A stretch of DNA of 63,157 nt, counting the filler, from Octopus bimaculoides (lineage: Eukaryota), in NCBI RefSeq assembly GCF_001194135.2. It is 5 parts of 4 records of this genome, joined end to end, with 100 filler letters (N's around TTAATTAATTAA, not from the genome) between each part and the next. Parts side by side here need not be neighbours in the genome. Positions count along the whole stretch, not along the records: positions 1 to 13,972 come from NC_068997.1; 4 more parts are not named here. One strand, 5' to 3'. Below, piece after piece: positions 1-10,591 of the stretch. Both the position numbers and the translations under genes were made by a program. Below the pieces are notes generated by a model, which saw only the letters and a program-made list of their open reading frames with translations, had not been told where the DNA came from and searched no databases. The stretch's first letter is position 1; the number at the start of each line of letters is the position of its first letter.

Positions 1-399
1 GTTATTAAACTCTTCCTCGTCCGACGAATAATCACTGATATCGATATCAGATTCATCCGAAGACAAAATACTTTTGTTTTCATTGATATTTTCAATATCA
101 TCAATTGTAAATCCTTCAAAATCGGAATCGCTACTTGCTGACGCCATTTCTTTCACAACCAAGATAAACACTTCTCTTCAAATGTTGAGAAAACCATGTG
201 GTCTAAAAAATTTCACAGTATTTATACTTGAATAAAGGTGGGAAAGGCTTCATCTCGCATTATCTCAAAGCTACGAGAATTCAATAACGTGATTTGTTTA
301 TTTTTTTAGCGATTTCGTAGAGCTTTCGGATACAGCCGGTTTGAACAAATAAAGGGGAATAAATTTTGGCTGGTTACAGCCGGTTTGAACACTAAAGGG
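1..399 (-). mobile_element. piggyBac-like DNA transposon, 5' end (runs off the window start)
   Basis: Minus strand begins TTAA|CCCTTTAGTG (TTAA at 400-403). Subterminal direct repeat CAGCCGGTTTGAACA at ~334 and ~377. ATG at 147 opens an acidic MASASSDSDFEGFTIDDIEN..., like piggyBac transposase N-termini, then appears to frameshift. Confidence 0.6.
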
Positions 400-559
400 T
401 TAACACACACATACATACAAATACCTGTCATTTTTTTATTTATTTAGTGTGTGTGTGTGTGTGTTTGTGTTGCTCATCTTAATATATAATGCTGAAGTTC
501 TGTATCTGTGTGAAGCCTTTTTAAAAGTTTATAGAAATCCACATTTTCCACTTTTTCGT

Positions 560-617
560 CCTAACCCTAACCCTAACACTGTAGTGAAAATCGTGCCGGT
601 GTTAATCTGAAAATTTA
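560..617 (-). mobile_element. Half copy of the telomere-repeat MITE (one TIR plus CCCTAA repeats)
   Basis: The reverse complement TAAATTTTCAGATTAACACCGGCACGATTTTCACTACAGTGTTAGGGTTAGGG matches the left end of 2328-2525. Confidence 0.75.
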
Positions 618-689
618 ACAATCTTTTTTAAAACACTTTTACTTACTAACATTTTTTTATTTTGTGTGTGTGTGTGTGTTGCCCATGAG

Positions 690-922
690 GTTTCTCGAGC
701 GAGATGAGCGTGGCCGTTGCCAGTACCGCCTGACTGGCCTTCGTGCGGGTGACACGTAAAAGCACCCACTACACTCTCTGAGTGGTTGGCGTTAGGAAGG
801 GCATCCAGCTGTAGAAACTCTGCCAAATCAGATTGGAGCCTAGTGTAGCCATCTGGTTTCACCAGTCCTCAGTCAAATCGTCCAACCCATGCTAGCATGG
901 AAAGCGGACGTTAGACGACGAC
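690..922 (+). mobile_element. 5'-truncated RTE LINE 3' UTR copy (one hairpin unit)
   Basis: Matches the 3' UTR that follows the RTE ORF at 62281-63157 (AAGCACCCACTACACTC...GGCATCCAGCTGTAGAAACTCTGCC...). Confidence 0.85.
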
Positions 923-1009
923 ACACTTAAGACTTAGTTGTGGATTGGGAGTTTGATCAGCAGATGTCATTATTATTATTATTATTTTAAATTTCTCCCA
1001 CAAGGGCAG

Positions 1010-1130
1010 CTTGGGGCAGGTGGAGAATAGTCGATTATATCGACCCGTTTCCAACTGGTACTTATTTTTTAGACCCCGAAAGGATGAAAGGCGAAGTCGA
1101 CTTTGGCGGAATTTGAACTCAGAACGTAGA
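1010..1130 (-). mobile_element. SINE fragment of an abundant family (similar pieces at ~16330-16530, 19080-19240, 32576-32790, 45480-45590, 52780-52925)
   Basis: Shared core CGTTCTGAGTTCAAATTCCGCCGAGGTCGACTTTGCCTTTCATCCTTTCGGGGTCGAT with a B-box-like GTTCAAATTCC. Confidence 0.7.
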
Positions 1131-2327
1131 GATGGTCACAAACCTCCCGTCGCTACACTGATTCTGCAGAACAGGGTTGAGTATGAAAACCAACTTTAAA
1201 GTGTAAATATAGATGTTTTTGAATACACACTCATACATACATATGTACAAATGCACACTCATACATACATACGTACAAATACACACATACATACAAATAA
1301 ATACATACATACAAATACCTGTCAGTCTCTTCCAAATACGATTGACAGTCAAATATTTATTCCCTAAAAACTGAATTTCTTTAATCATCTTTCTTAAAAC
1401 ACATTTACTTACTACCATATATATAGAGAGAGAGAGACACACACAGAATACACATTAATACACACATATATACAAATACCTGTCTTTTTTTTTTATTTAG
1501 TGTGTGTGTGTTGCCCATCTTAATATATAATGCTGAAGTTCTGTATCTGTGTGAAACCTTTTTAAACATTTATAGAAATCCACATTTTCCACTTTTTCGT
1601 ACAAATTTTTACATCAATGGAATTTTCTCGATGTGAACTTTCCAGTGCAGTAATTAGATTTTTAAAATTCTGTTTACTTTGTGTGATTTAAGGGAGATTT
1701 GGCTGTTGTTTCTAGCAACTTTTATATTTCTTCCCTTCTACCTGTAGTGGCGTCGTTACACATCGATCACGTGCTCAACATATAATATACAGAGTAAAAG
1801 TAAAAGAGGGAGAGAGAGAGAAAGTGATACATACAAAGTCATAGATTAACTTGCTTTAAGACTATTCTTTCCTTCTACCTTTTCACTCTTATTTCATTCT
1901 TCTTTCTCTCTCCCATTTCATAGTTTTCTTCTATCCCTCTACCTCTAACATATTTTTCATAACATACAAATGTAAAAACACATACAACCACACATACGTG
2001 ATCTGTGACAACATACACATAAACACATCAACATTATAGATATAAGATTTAGTTTCTGCGTGTTTCTTATATAAACATGCGCACGCATTGCTATTTTATA
2101 ACTGTCTTCCGTTCTCCCTTCTCTTTCTCTTTCTTCATTGCTCCTGTTCTCTATTCCTTTCTCCCCCTCTCTCTCTTCTATCTCGCTCTCTCAAACGCAT
2201 ACACGCACACGTACAGACAAGCATTCACTACAAGATAACTCATGTTCATCAATGTTTTGTAAATATACAAACTACGGAGCTTATGAACAACACATTGCAA
2301 ATCAGTGAACTTCATTACAAATGTGGG

Positions 2328-2525
2328 TAATTTTTCTGATTAACACCCGCACAATTTTCACTAGGGTGTTAGGGTTACGGTTTTTGGGTCAGGGTTAGGG
2401 TTTTAGGGTTACGGTTAGGGTTTGGGTTACGATGAGGGTTAGTGTTACGGTTACGGTTTTAGGGTCAGGGTTAGGGTTTTAGGGTTACGGTTACGTAATC
2501 GTGCAGGTGTTAATCTGAAAAATTA
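2328..2525. mobile_element. MITE with ~29 bp TIRs enclosing degenerate TTAGGG telomere-like repeats
   Basis: Left TAATTTTTCTGATTAACACCCGCACAATT versus reverse-complemented right TAATTTTTCAGATTAACACCTGCACGATT (26/29). Outermost TA is compatible with a TA TSD. The interior is TTAGGG/TTACGG/TCAGGG units. Confidence 0.8.
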
Positions 2526-3199
2526 CTGAAATGTGAAAACTACCGACCCTGCCATCTGTTATAACTTTTGTTGTTCTATTTAATATGTACATAGATTATG
2601 CCTTGAAACAAGACAGCTTGCTGTGGAAAGAAAGCAACCGGTTTAAAAAGACAGCAACAGAGTGCAGCAATTCAACACATTCCAGAAGCTACTTTGAACA
2701 TAATGCAAAATGGTGCATCAAGATATACTGCCCAATCTGATAAAATTCTGGCAGAACTATGTAGCAACAGATCACCAGCAATTGCTTCATCAGAAATTGC
2801 TGTCCTACCTCCTGCGAAAAAGAATTACCCTGCTATGTATAATCAAGGCAGTGCAAAAAGTTGTTTTGCANNNNNNNNNNTTCATCAGAAATTGCTGTCC
2901 TACCTCCTGCGAAAAAGAATTACCCTGCTATGTATAATCAAGGCAGTGCAAAAAGTTGTTTTGCACAAGCATTTCTATAGCCAATTAGACGGATGAAATT
3001 TACGTGCACTTAATAATGTTACGCAAAACAGCGTTCAGACTTTCCCTATTAATTTCGTCATCGTTTGAATTATGAACATATTTACATCATAAGAGTTTTT
3101 TCGTTGTAAGGCTTTCTTTTTTAGTTGATTTTCACCTAGCAAGACATATTGTAGATGGTGTAATAAGTCACATCCGGACAACGTCAGGTTATACTGCTA

Positions 3200-3233
<34 letters not shown>

Positions 3234-3418
3234 GTTGGACAAAATATCAACATTCATGAACTCATAAAAATCATATTACTAGAAACAGGTCATATACTGA
3301 TATGGATATATTAAATGTCTCATTAAGAGGATCAAAGAAAAATGGATGTCAACAACAAACTTTAACTGCCAAAGCTGTCGCTGATATTATCACTGTCATT
3401 ACTAGAGAAATTACTTAC

Positions 3419-3600
3419 TTTTTTTATTGATGTATTATTCTGGAGGAATGAGAGGAATCGTCCATAACCCATATGGGAAAAGGTTGTCATGCTAAAATCT
3501 TCCAATAACCGTTCTTCAATTTTGTTGAAGTGATTCAAGTTTAAAGTCCCGGAAGATATGTATTTTTCCAGATATTTTTTCAAAGACTGAAGGACTTGTT
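3419..3600 (-). CDS. Internal coding exon, NO VEIN-like protein fragment
   Basis: Acceptor TTTCAG| and donor AAA|GTAAGT bound an open frame QVLQSLKKYLEKYISSGTLNLNHFNKIEERLLEDFSMTTFSHMGYGRFLSFLQNNTSIKK. LEDF...F..MGYG.FL.FL resembles, from memory, the N-terminal repeat of NO VEIN-family proteins. No partner exons were found. Confidence 0.5.
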
Positions 3601-3831
3601 CTGAAAGACAATAAAAGTATAATGCTTAGCTGTTTTCTTTTCAAATGTTCATAAAATAATTTGATTCAATCATTAAATTTTCATTTCACTTTAGACACAA
3701 AACTACATTTTTCTGATACAACCTTTAATTTCAGCTTTATATACTGTAAATTGGGAAAGTAATTGAGGAAACCCAATTCTTTTCAAGCTATACTCACAGA
3801 GGAGTTTAACTAAACACTAAGCTATTAATTT

Positions 3832-4135
3832 TGTTGTATTAATGTTGTCTTTTGACAACGTTTGTTGCTCTGACAGATAGTGTTGATAGACTGGTTCTAT
3901 CTGGCACTGCACGACCCCTAGTCATACAGTGTTATTATCCTCAAAAGGTTGGATCCTTATAATGTCCATTCAGTATCACAGTATAATTACTATATCAGCA
4001 AAGACATGGCTATCAACACAGTTTACAGGTACTCTCGACCTTTTGACCTTCCTTTGTCGACTAGCTACTGGTCTATTTATAATGGCTGGTTATTACCACT
4101 TTTTACTGGGAGGGGTGTAGTTTCACTATACAACA
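3832..4135 (-). repeat. 3' LTR of the Gypsy element
   Basis: Direct repeat of 9711-10012, about 80% identical by eye, with TG...CA ends. Confidence 0.9.
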
Positions 4136-4164
4136 TCTCTTCTTATAATTATTTTATTTAACAA

Positions 4165-5266
4165 TCAAATTCTTTTATTCACCTGATCTCTTTTTTCTTT
4201 TCTTTTATACATGTATATATACTCAATGTTTTCTTCTTGGGGGTCTACTTTTAGGAATTCAGTGCTCTTCCTTTTCCTTGTACAGGTGGTTTTGACTGCT
4301 TGTAATGGTGTTGGAACCTGAAAAGTGTCATATAGCCAATCCATCAGTATTTCTACTCTTATTGGTTCCTTTTCTATGACTCTTTCCTTAAGCTGATTTC
4401 TATGTCTCCTTTCTAATCCATTTCTGCTTCTTACGCCATACATTACCTCATTTTTCCTAAGCATGTTACAATTTCTCCTTCCCAGTATTGCTTGCCATTT
4501 TTGAAAATTCTTACATATACCTTATCACTGTTTCTAAAGAATTTAGGCATGTCTTTATTAGCACATATTTTTTCTTCACTAGTAACAACAGTTTATCGAA
4601 TACTAACTTCACTTTTCTGGCAAACATTAATTCTGCTGTTGAACTTCCTTCTGGTGCATTCAGGTTTGGAGTTACCCCGTAAACCCTAAAGAATTGTTGA
4701 ATTGTGACCTTATCTATGGCTTCCTTATTAGCTTTCTTTAAAGCTCTCTTAAAAGTGTTCACAAACCGTTTGACTCTTCCATTCGATCTAGGGTGATATG
4801 GTGCTATAGTTTTATGTTCTAACGTGAACATCTCGCAGAATCTTTTAAACTCACAGGATGCAAACTGTGTTCTGTTATCAGAGACAATTATATCTGGTGC
4901 ACCAAATCTTGTGAAAAGCTTGTGTAAGAAGTTTATTACCTCAGGCCATTTTGTGTAGCTGTCCACTACTACGAGGTAATAATATCCATTGACCAGGCCT
5001 GCAAAACCGATATGCAATCAGGACCATGGTATTTTCACTTCTGGCCAAGTCACTGCCAGTGCACATCCTTTGCAGCCTTTTACTAGGCTTTCAACTTCCT
5101 TATCTATGCTTGGCCAGTATACGAAACTTTGCATCAGCGCTTTCATTCTAGAGATGCCTGGGTGTGCCACATGAAATTCTTTTAGCTTTCTCTTCTGTAA
5201 TGTCTGTGGTAAGACCACCCTCTGAGCATACATTAGTACACCATCACATATAGAGGACATGTTCAC
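4165..5266 (-). pseudogene. Gypsy integrase remnants (zinc-binding region and core)
   Basis: LKEFHVAHPGISRMKALMQSFVYWP...CKGC; HIGFAG...LVVVDSYTKWPEV; SDNRTQF; APYHPRSNGRVKRF. Broken by stops and frameshifts. Confidence 0.9.
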
Positions 5267-5599
5267 ATCTTAGCTGTTCTTTGCATCAGACCTTTCTTTA
5301 TTTTGTCGACCACAGTTTTCTTTTTGCCTCATTGATAAATTTGTCATTTCTTGCATTTTTTTTTTATTTCTTCCAAGTTACTGGTAGTTCACACATGATA
5401 TTCCACATCACTTTTTTTGTTTCTGCTTCTGCTCTTAGCGCTGCTATTATGGTGTTCTCCAGTGGTTCATTATTTCTCAGAATTAGCTAAGATAGACTAT
5501 CGACATGTCTCAACTTTTTAAAGGCAGATATTCCATTCTATAATCATAGTTTAATAGAATAGTACCCCCATTGCTGCAGTCTGTTTGCTGTATGTGTTG

Positions 5600-7500
5600 G
5601 GATTCCTTTCTTGGATTTGTATATTGTTATTAGAGGTCTATTCTCTGTTTGCAACCAAAAATGTTAGCCATGATTGAACCTGTGAAATTTTTTCACACTA
5701 AATATAATAGCCAATGCCTCTTTCAATCTGGCTATAGCTCTTTTCTGCTGGCAATAATTTCCTTGATGTGTGAGCTACAGCCTTTCTCCTGCCCTCATTA
5801 TCTTTGTGTAGGAACACAGTTTCTATTCGATACTTGCTAGCTTCTGTAGCTTGTATTATCTCTAACTTTGGATCAAAATGTGTAAAATATAAACCTGAAG
5901 CTAACACATCTTTTAACTCATTAAATGCTTTCTGGCATTTCTCTGTCTAAATCCATTTGACATTTTTTTTTTAATAATTCATTAAGTGGAGCTTTTACGT
6001 TATATATAATTTGATATATACACTTGGTAATAATTTACCAAATCTAGGAATACTTGTAACATTGTCACGTTTGTCAGGGTGGGGTGGGGAGCACATTTTG
6101 ACACTAAAGAGATTACCAAGACAAAAAAAAAAGCTCCCTCAATTAAGTTTGGGTAGTGGTGGCTTTTTGCTAGGTGTTGAAAAGTAAAAGTATAAATAAA
6201 GGGACAGGCACAGGTGTAAAAGATTAATACCAATCTCCACTTCTTGGGTTTAATATAAAAGACATGTTAAATCACATTGCCAAACAGTAACCAAAAAAAA
6301 AAAAAAAAAAACCCTCCCTTTACAAATGGATGGTGAGATTTTTATGACCAGCAATATAGGAAAGGAAAGGAAAACCCATGAAAAGGAATGCAAAAGATTT
6401 TGCTAATTGTACACAGGGAAGAAAGTGATGCAAGTTAAAAACAAATAAGGCAGAATATATAATTTGAAAATTATCCGTTTGCTACCATAACAGCTGTAGA
6501 TTACTTTTTAACCAGTATTTTAGTTTGGTTAAGTTTAAAGACAGAATAAATGGCAATGTGTGTGTGTGTGTTTATATATAATCGTGGTATTGATCAGGCT
6601 ATCAGACGTTATATATTGCTGGTCACAATGCACTTTGCATTGTTTTAGCTTTTGAATGATGCCACCCCACTGATTAGCTATGCAGGTCAGCATTTCCCCT
6701 GACTGGAAGGCTATTCCGTTGCAGGGTGACCCCTTTACAGCTGAGTGGACTGGAGCAATGTGAAATAAAGTGAATTGCTCCAGGACACAACATGCAGACA
6801 TTCTGGAAATTGAACCTATGATCCTGAGTACCACACCCCTAACCACTAGGCTATGCCCTATGATGTAAAAACCTGTGTCCACTTTCATCGATTACTTAAC
6901 TAATCTAGGTATTTTATTATTTTCAGAAAAATTTTGCTTTTTCTTGTCAGCTTTAGTCCCTATTCATTTATTCTCTCGAATACTTTCTTTATATGTTAGA
7001 CATGTTGCACCTGAGATTTGCTCTTTATCGGAATGTCATCTAGGTATGCAATGGTGAAGTCGCAATCAGTTAACATCGCATCCATTACTTGTTGAAATAT
7101 GGCGGGTGCCACTTTTACAAATGGTAATCATACAATCCATGGTGCATGTTGATTGTTAGTAAATGTGTGCAATCTTTTTCTGACTGAATTTGATGGTACA
7201 CCTTTGAAAGGTCTAACTTTGAGAAAATTATCCCTCTGTTTAATTGAGCAAACACTTCTTCTGGGCTTGGGAGTGAGTAATTGTGTGTGAGTAAACAGTC
7301 GTTTGACTTGGTTGAGAGGTATGTGCACACTCTTAGTTTATTATTTTTCATACACTGCCAGTGCTGCCCAGTCTGCATGGTCAATCTTTTCAATTATATT
7401 CAGGCTTTCCAACCTGTCTACTTCATTATTGACCTAGTCTACCATCGCAAACAGTACATCCTATTTGGGCCTGAAAATAGGTGTTGAATTTTCTTTGATA
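5600..7500 (-). pseudogene. Gypsy reverse transcriptase and RNase H remnants (interrupted at ~6110-6865)
   Basis: YSLPSPEEVFAQL..GIIFSKLDLSKVYHQI; VAPAIFQQVMD...AYLDDI (~7020); VFLDLVNYY; ATEASKY...AHTSRKLLPAEKSYSQIE. Confidence 0.9.
6110..6865 (-). mobile_element. Insertion inside Gypsy pol containing a tRNA-derived SINE (~6560-6856)
   Basis: The pol frame stops after IDESGHR (~6868) and resumes at ...PTLTNVTML (~6100). The insert carries a TAGCCTAGTGGTTAGG A-box-like head and GTTGTGTCCTGGAGCAATTCACTTTATTTCACATTGCTCCAGTCCACTCAGCTG. Confidence 0.65.
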
Positions 7501-7877
7501 GCAATCCTTGCTTTTATTTTTGTGCAACAGCTTAAACCTTTCCAAAAAAACTTTTGGGAAAGCTTCTTTCATTTTTTGTTTCAGTTCCTCAACCTCATTT
7601 GACTGTTTGACTGCTCCATTTACGTTATTGCACAAAGCGCTTATGGGTGTATCCCATGAATTAAATTTCTCCATACATTTGGTGCCAAATAAATTCATGG
7701 ATTTCTTCAATACATAAACATTCACTTTTCTGGTTTGACCGTTGAACATTATATTACAAACGTGTTCACCAGTGAAATATAATTTTCTTCTTATAACACA
7801 GTACTTTATTTTGTTTGAACTACATAATTTTGATTTACCGATTTGTTCCCATGTTTTCTCATTTATGATTGTGATAT

Positions 7878-8578
7878 TCGTAGGATTTTCGAGCGAGAAC
7901 GTTGCCAGTGCCCCTGGACTGGCTCTTGTGCGGGTGTCACATGAAATACACAATTTTGAGCGTGGCCGTTGCCAGTACCGCCTGACTGGCCTTGTAGGAT
8001 TTTCGAGCGAGATCGTTGCCAGTGCCCCTGGACTGGCTCTTGTGCAGGTGACACATGAAATACACCATATTGAGCGTGGCCGTTGTCAGTACCGCCTGAC
8101 TGGCCTTCGTAGGATTTTCGAGCGCGATCGTTGCCAGTGCCCCTGGACTGGCTCTTGTGCGGGTGGCACATAAAATACACCAAATACATACATATATACA
8201 AATATATGTATATACATATATACATACATATATATATATACACATATACATATATACAAATATATGTATATACATATATACGTACATATATATATATATA
8301 CACATACATATATACACATCTATATATACAAATATATGTATATATATATTGAGCATGGCCGTTGCCAGTACCACCTGACTGGCCTTCGTGCTGGTGGCAC
8401 ATAAAAGCACCCACTACACTCTCTGAGTGGTTGGCGTTAGAAAGGTCATCCAGCTGTAGAAACTCTGCCAAATCAGATTGGTGCCTGGTGTAGCCATCTG
8501 GTTTCACCAGTCCTCAGTCAAATCGTCCAACCCATGCTAGCATGGAAAGCGGACGTTAAACAATGATGATGATGATAT
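7878..8578 (+). mobile_element. RTE LINE 3' UTR copy nested in the Gypsy protease motif
   Basis: Three ~115 bp tandem units, then the conserved RTE end and a (GAT)n tail. TSD TGATAT at 7872-7877 and 8573-8578. Confidence 0.9.
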
Positions 8579-9656
8579 CACTTCCTGTGTCTAATTACAT
8601 TTTGATGCTAATGCTTTCAATTTTCACATTCATGAATTTTCTGTGGTAGTTAGAGCTTTTTCTGCTGACAAACTATTTATTTTTTCTTGTTTGTTCCATT
8701 TTCCTATCATTCTAGTTTTGCAGTGCAATTTTATATGTCCTGTAAACCTGCAGCGAAAATACTTTCCTTTTTTATATGGAGGATCTTTTTTCAGGTGCAT
8801 CCCACTACATGTTATACATGGGTCTACATCCCGATATTTTTTGTTTTCCCTGCAACACTTCATTTGTCTTCTGACTTTTCTGCACTGGTCTTATATGGAA
8901 ACACTCTTTCTGTTGAATTTCTTCTACACGATGCCTTAATTTTAATATCCTATCACACTCTTCTGAAAATTTCTGCAATGTCAAATCCTGGTTCATTTCC
9001 AGTTTTTATAGGATTTTCATTCGGATTTCTGCTTCCCTCTATCTGTCAATCCTTGCGCAAAAATTAAACACTTGAAAGAATTTGGAGTAAGCACATCTAG
9101 CCTAAATCTCTCATATTCTTTGTTGACTCTGCCTGCATAAGTAGTGAAGTCTTCATCTTTGCTCTTTACTATGTTTAAACATTTCCATCTAATATTCAAA
9201 AGTGAGCTCTTTTCACTAAACATTTTGCACAAAATGTCAACTGTGTTAGTGAAATTTATGTTGGATGCTTCTTTTGGCAATATGAATTTACTATACTTCT
9301 CATGCTGTACTGTCCCTAGTTTTCTTTAAACTAGATGTGTTTTCATACCGTCTGTCTAATCCTGGCATTCTATTTCAAAGATCTGTTGAAAGCTTCGAAA
9401 GTAAACCTTGAAGGTTACTCCTCCTTCAGGGTCATATTTGAATTCGTTTATGGAATTTGCTATATGGTCAGGTGAAAATCTATTCTCCGGTTTGGCTATC
9501 AACTTCATTAGTTGTAACATTTGTTGCAGCAATTTGTGTTGTTCTTATTGCTGTTTTTGCAAATCAACTATCCCAGTTAAGAAATCTTCCATATCTTACG
9601 ATTTTCGTAACTTCGCACAACAAGATTTTTATTTCTTTTTTGTCCATATTAATTAG
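8579..9656 (-). pseudogene. Gypsy gag remnants and start of the aspartic protease
   Basis: FRCRFTGHIKLHC zinc knuckle. Gag-like FEEAVKILTKIFS-type segments (ORFs 9017-9280, 9408-9656). M*LDTGSDI at 8579-8600. Confidence 0.85.
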
Positions 9657-9710
9657 TTAAAACTTTTTGTTATTCCTTATCACCACTGTTGTAAAGCAGT
9701 CTTTTGCCAC

Positions 9711-10012
9711 AGTTGTATCCGTCTTTTGATGATGGTTGTTGCTCTGACAGATATTGTTGATAGAATGGTTCTGTCTGGCACTGTATGACCCCCAATCATA
9801 CAATGTTATTATCCTCAAAATTTGGATCATTATAACGTCCACTCAGTATCACAGTATAATTACTATATCAACACAGATACGACTATGGATACAGTCTACA
9901 TGTACTCTCAATCTTTTGACCTTCTCTTAGTCAACCAGCTACTGATTTATTTATAATGGCTGGCTACTACCACTTTTTACTGGGAAAGGGTGTACAATTT
10001 CACTATACAACA
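9711..10012 (-). repeat. 5' LTR of the Gypsy element
   Basis: Direct repeat of 3832-4135. One terminal base differs (AGTTGTAT). Confidence 0.9.
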
Positions 10013-10430
10013 AATTTTTAGTTCAACTCAACATTATTACATTTTGAGCAAGTTAGACTAAACTAAATGACAGTTAGCCACTTTAAACACCAATAAGGAG
10101 ATAATAGATGCAACTAAAATGCTTGCTGACAACTTATCCCAAAACAACTCATGATTATATCCTTCTTTGTAAACTTCTATTCTATTGTTTTAGATCTGCA
10201 GTCCATATGAAAATTTTGTATATTAACCAATCAAAAATCACTATGATTTTGACATGTAACTTTTGTCAGGCAATTTTAGTTATGAAAGCAGATTTGAATC
10301 AATTATATCCCATGCTCAATTGTAGAAATTTATGCACATTCCACAAATGATGATTGGTTCCCAAAATAAATTTGAAGATTTCTCAAGGATATTGAAAACC
10401 AGAACTAGTTCATATTTTATAAAGTAAAAA

Positions 10431-10466
<36 letters not shown>

Positions 10467-10591
10467 CGCGCGAATGAAAGAAGGGCACTCAACAAACTTA
10501 TTGGGAGTTACATGCATGGATCAAAACAGTTTCACTAGTCTTCCATTTTGAATTTGATTGACAGAAGTTGATTGTTGTTACTGTAAGGTGG

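Larger units (their letters stand above)
412..1600 (+). repeat. Local direct duplication of a ~150 bp unit (~412-559 and ~1468-1600), with a partial third copy at ~630-685
   Basis: TACAAATACCTGTC...GTTGC(T/C)CATCTTAATATATAATGCTGAAGTTCTGTATCTGTGTGAA...GAAATCCACATTTTCCACTTTTTCGT occurs twice. Confidence 0.8.
3832..10012 (-). mobile_element. Full-length degenerate Ty3/Gypsy LTR retrotransposon
   Basis: Two ~300 bp LTRs with TGTTGTAT...ATACAACA termini and a 5-bp TSD AATTT (3827-3831, 10013-10017). Polypurine tract AAGAAGAGA beside the 3' LTR and a degenerate TGGC... primer site beside the 5' LTR. Domain order gag(CCHC)-PR-RT-RH-IN. Confidence 0.95.

Noticed and set aside
2355-2496. True telomere or chromosome fusion site
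   Set aside because: Short, degenerate, single orientation and enclosed by TIRs.
2786-2965. Exact 85-bp tandem duplication
   Set aside because: The identical copies sit on either side of a 10-N gap, typical of an unmerged contig overlap.
6535-6888. ORF starting MKVDTG as the retroviral protease
   Set aside because: It is an off-frame read of IDESGHR running into a SINE. The real motif is LDTGSDI at ~8580-8600.
7878-8400. CRISPR-like array of palindromic repeats
   Set aside because: Eukaryotic context, spacers are themselves repeated, no cas genes, and it is contiguous with an RTE ORF at 62281.
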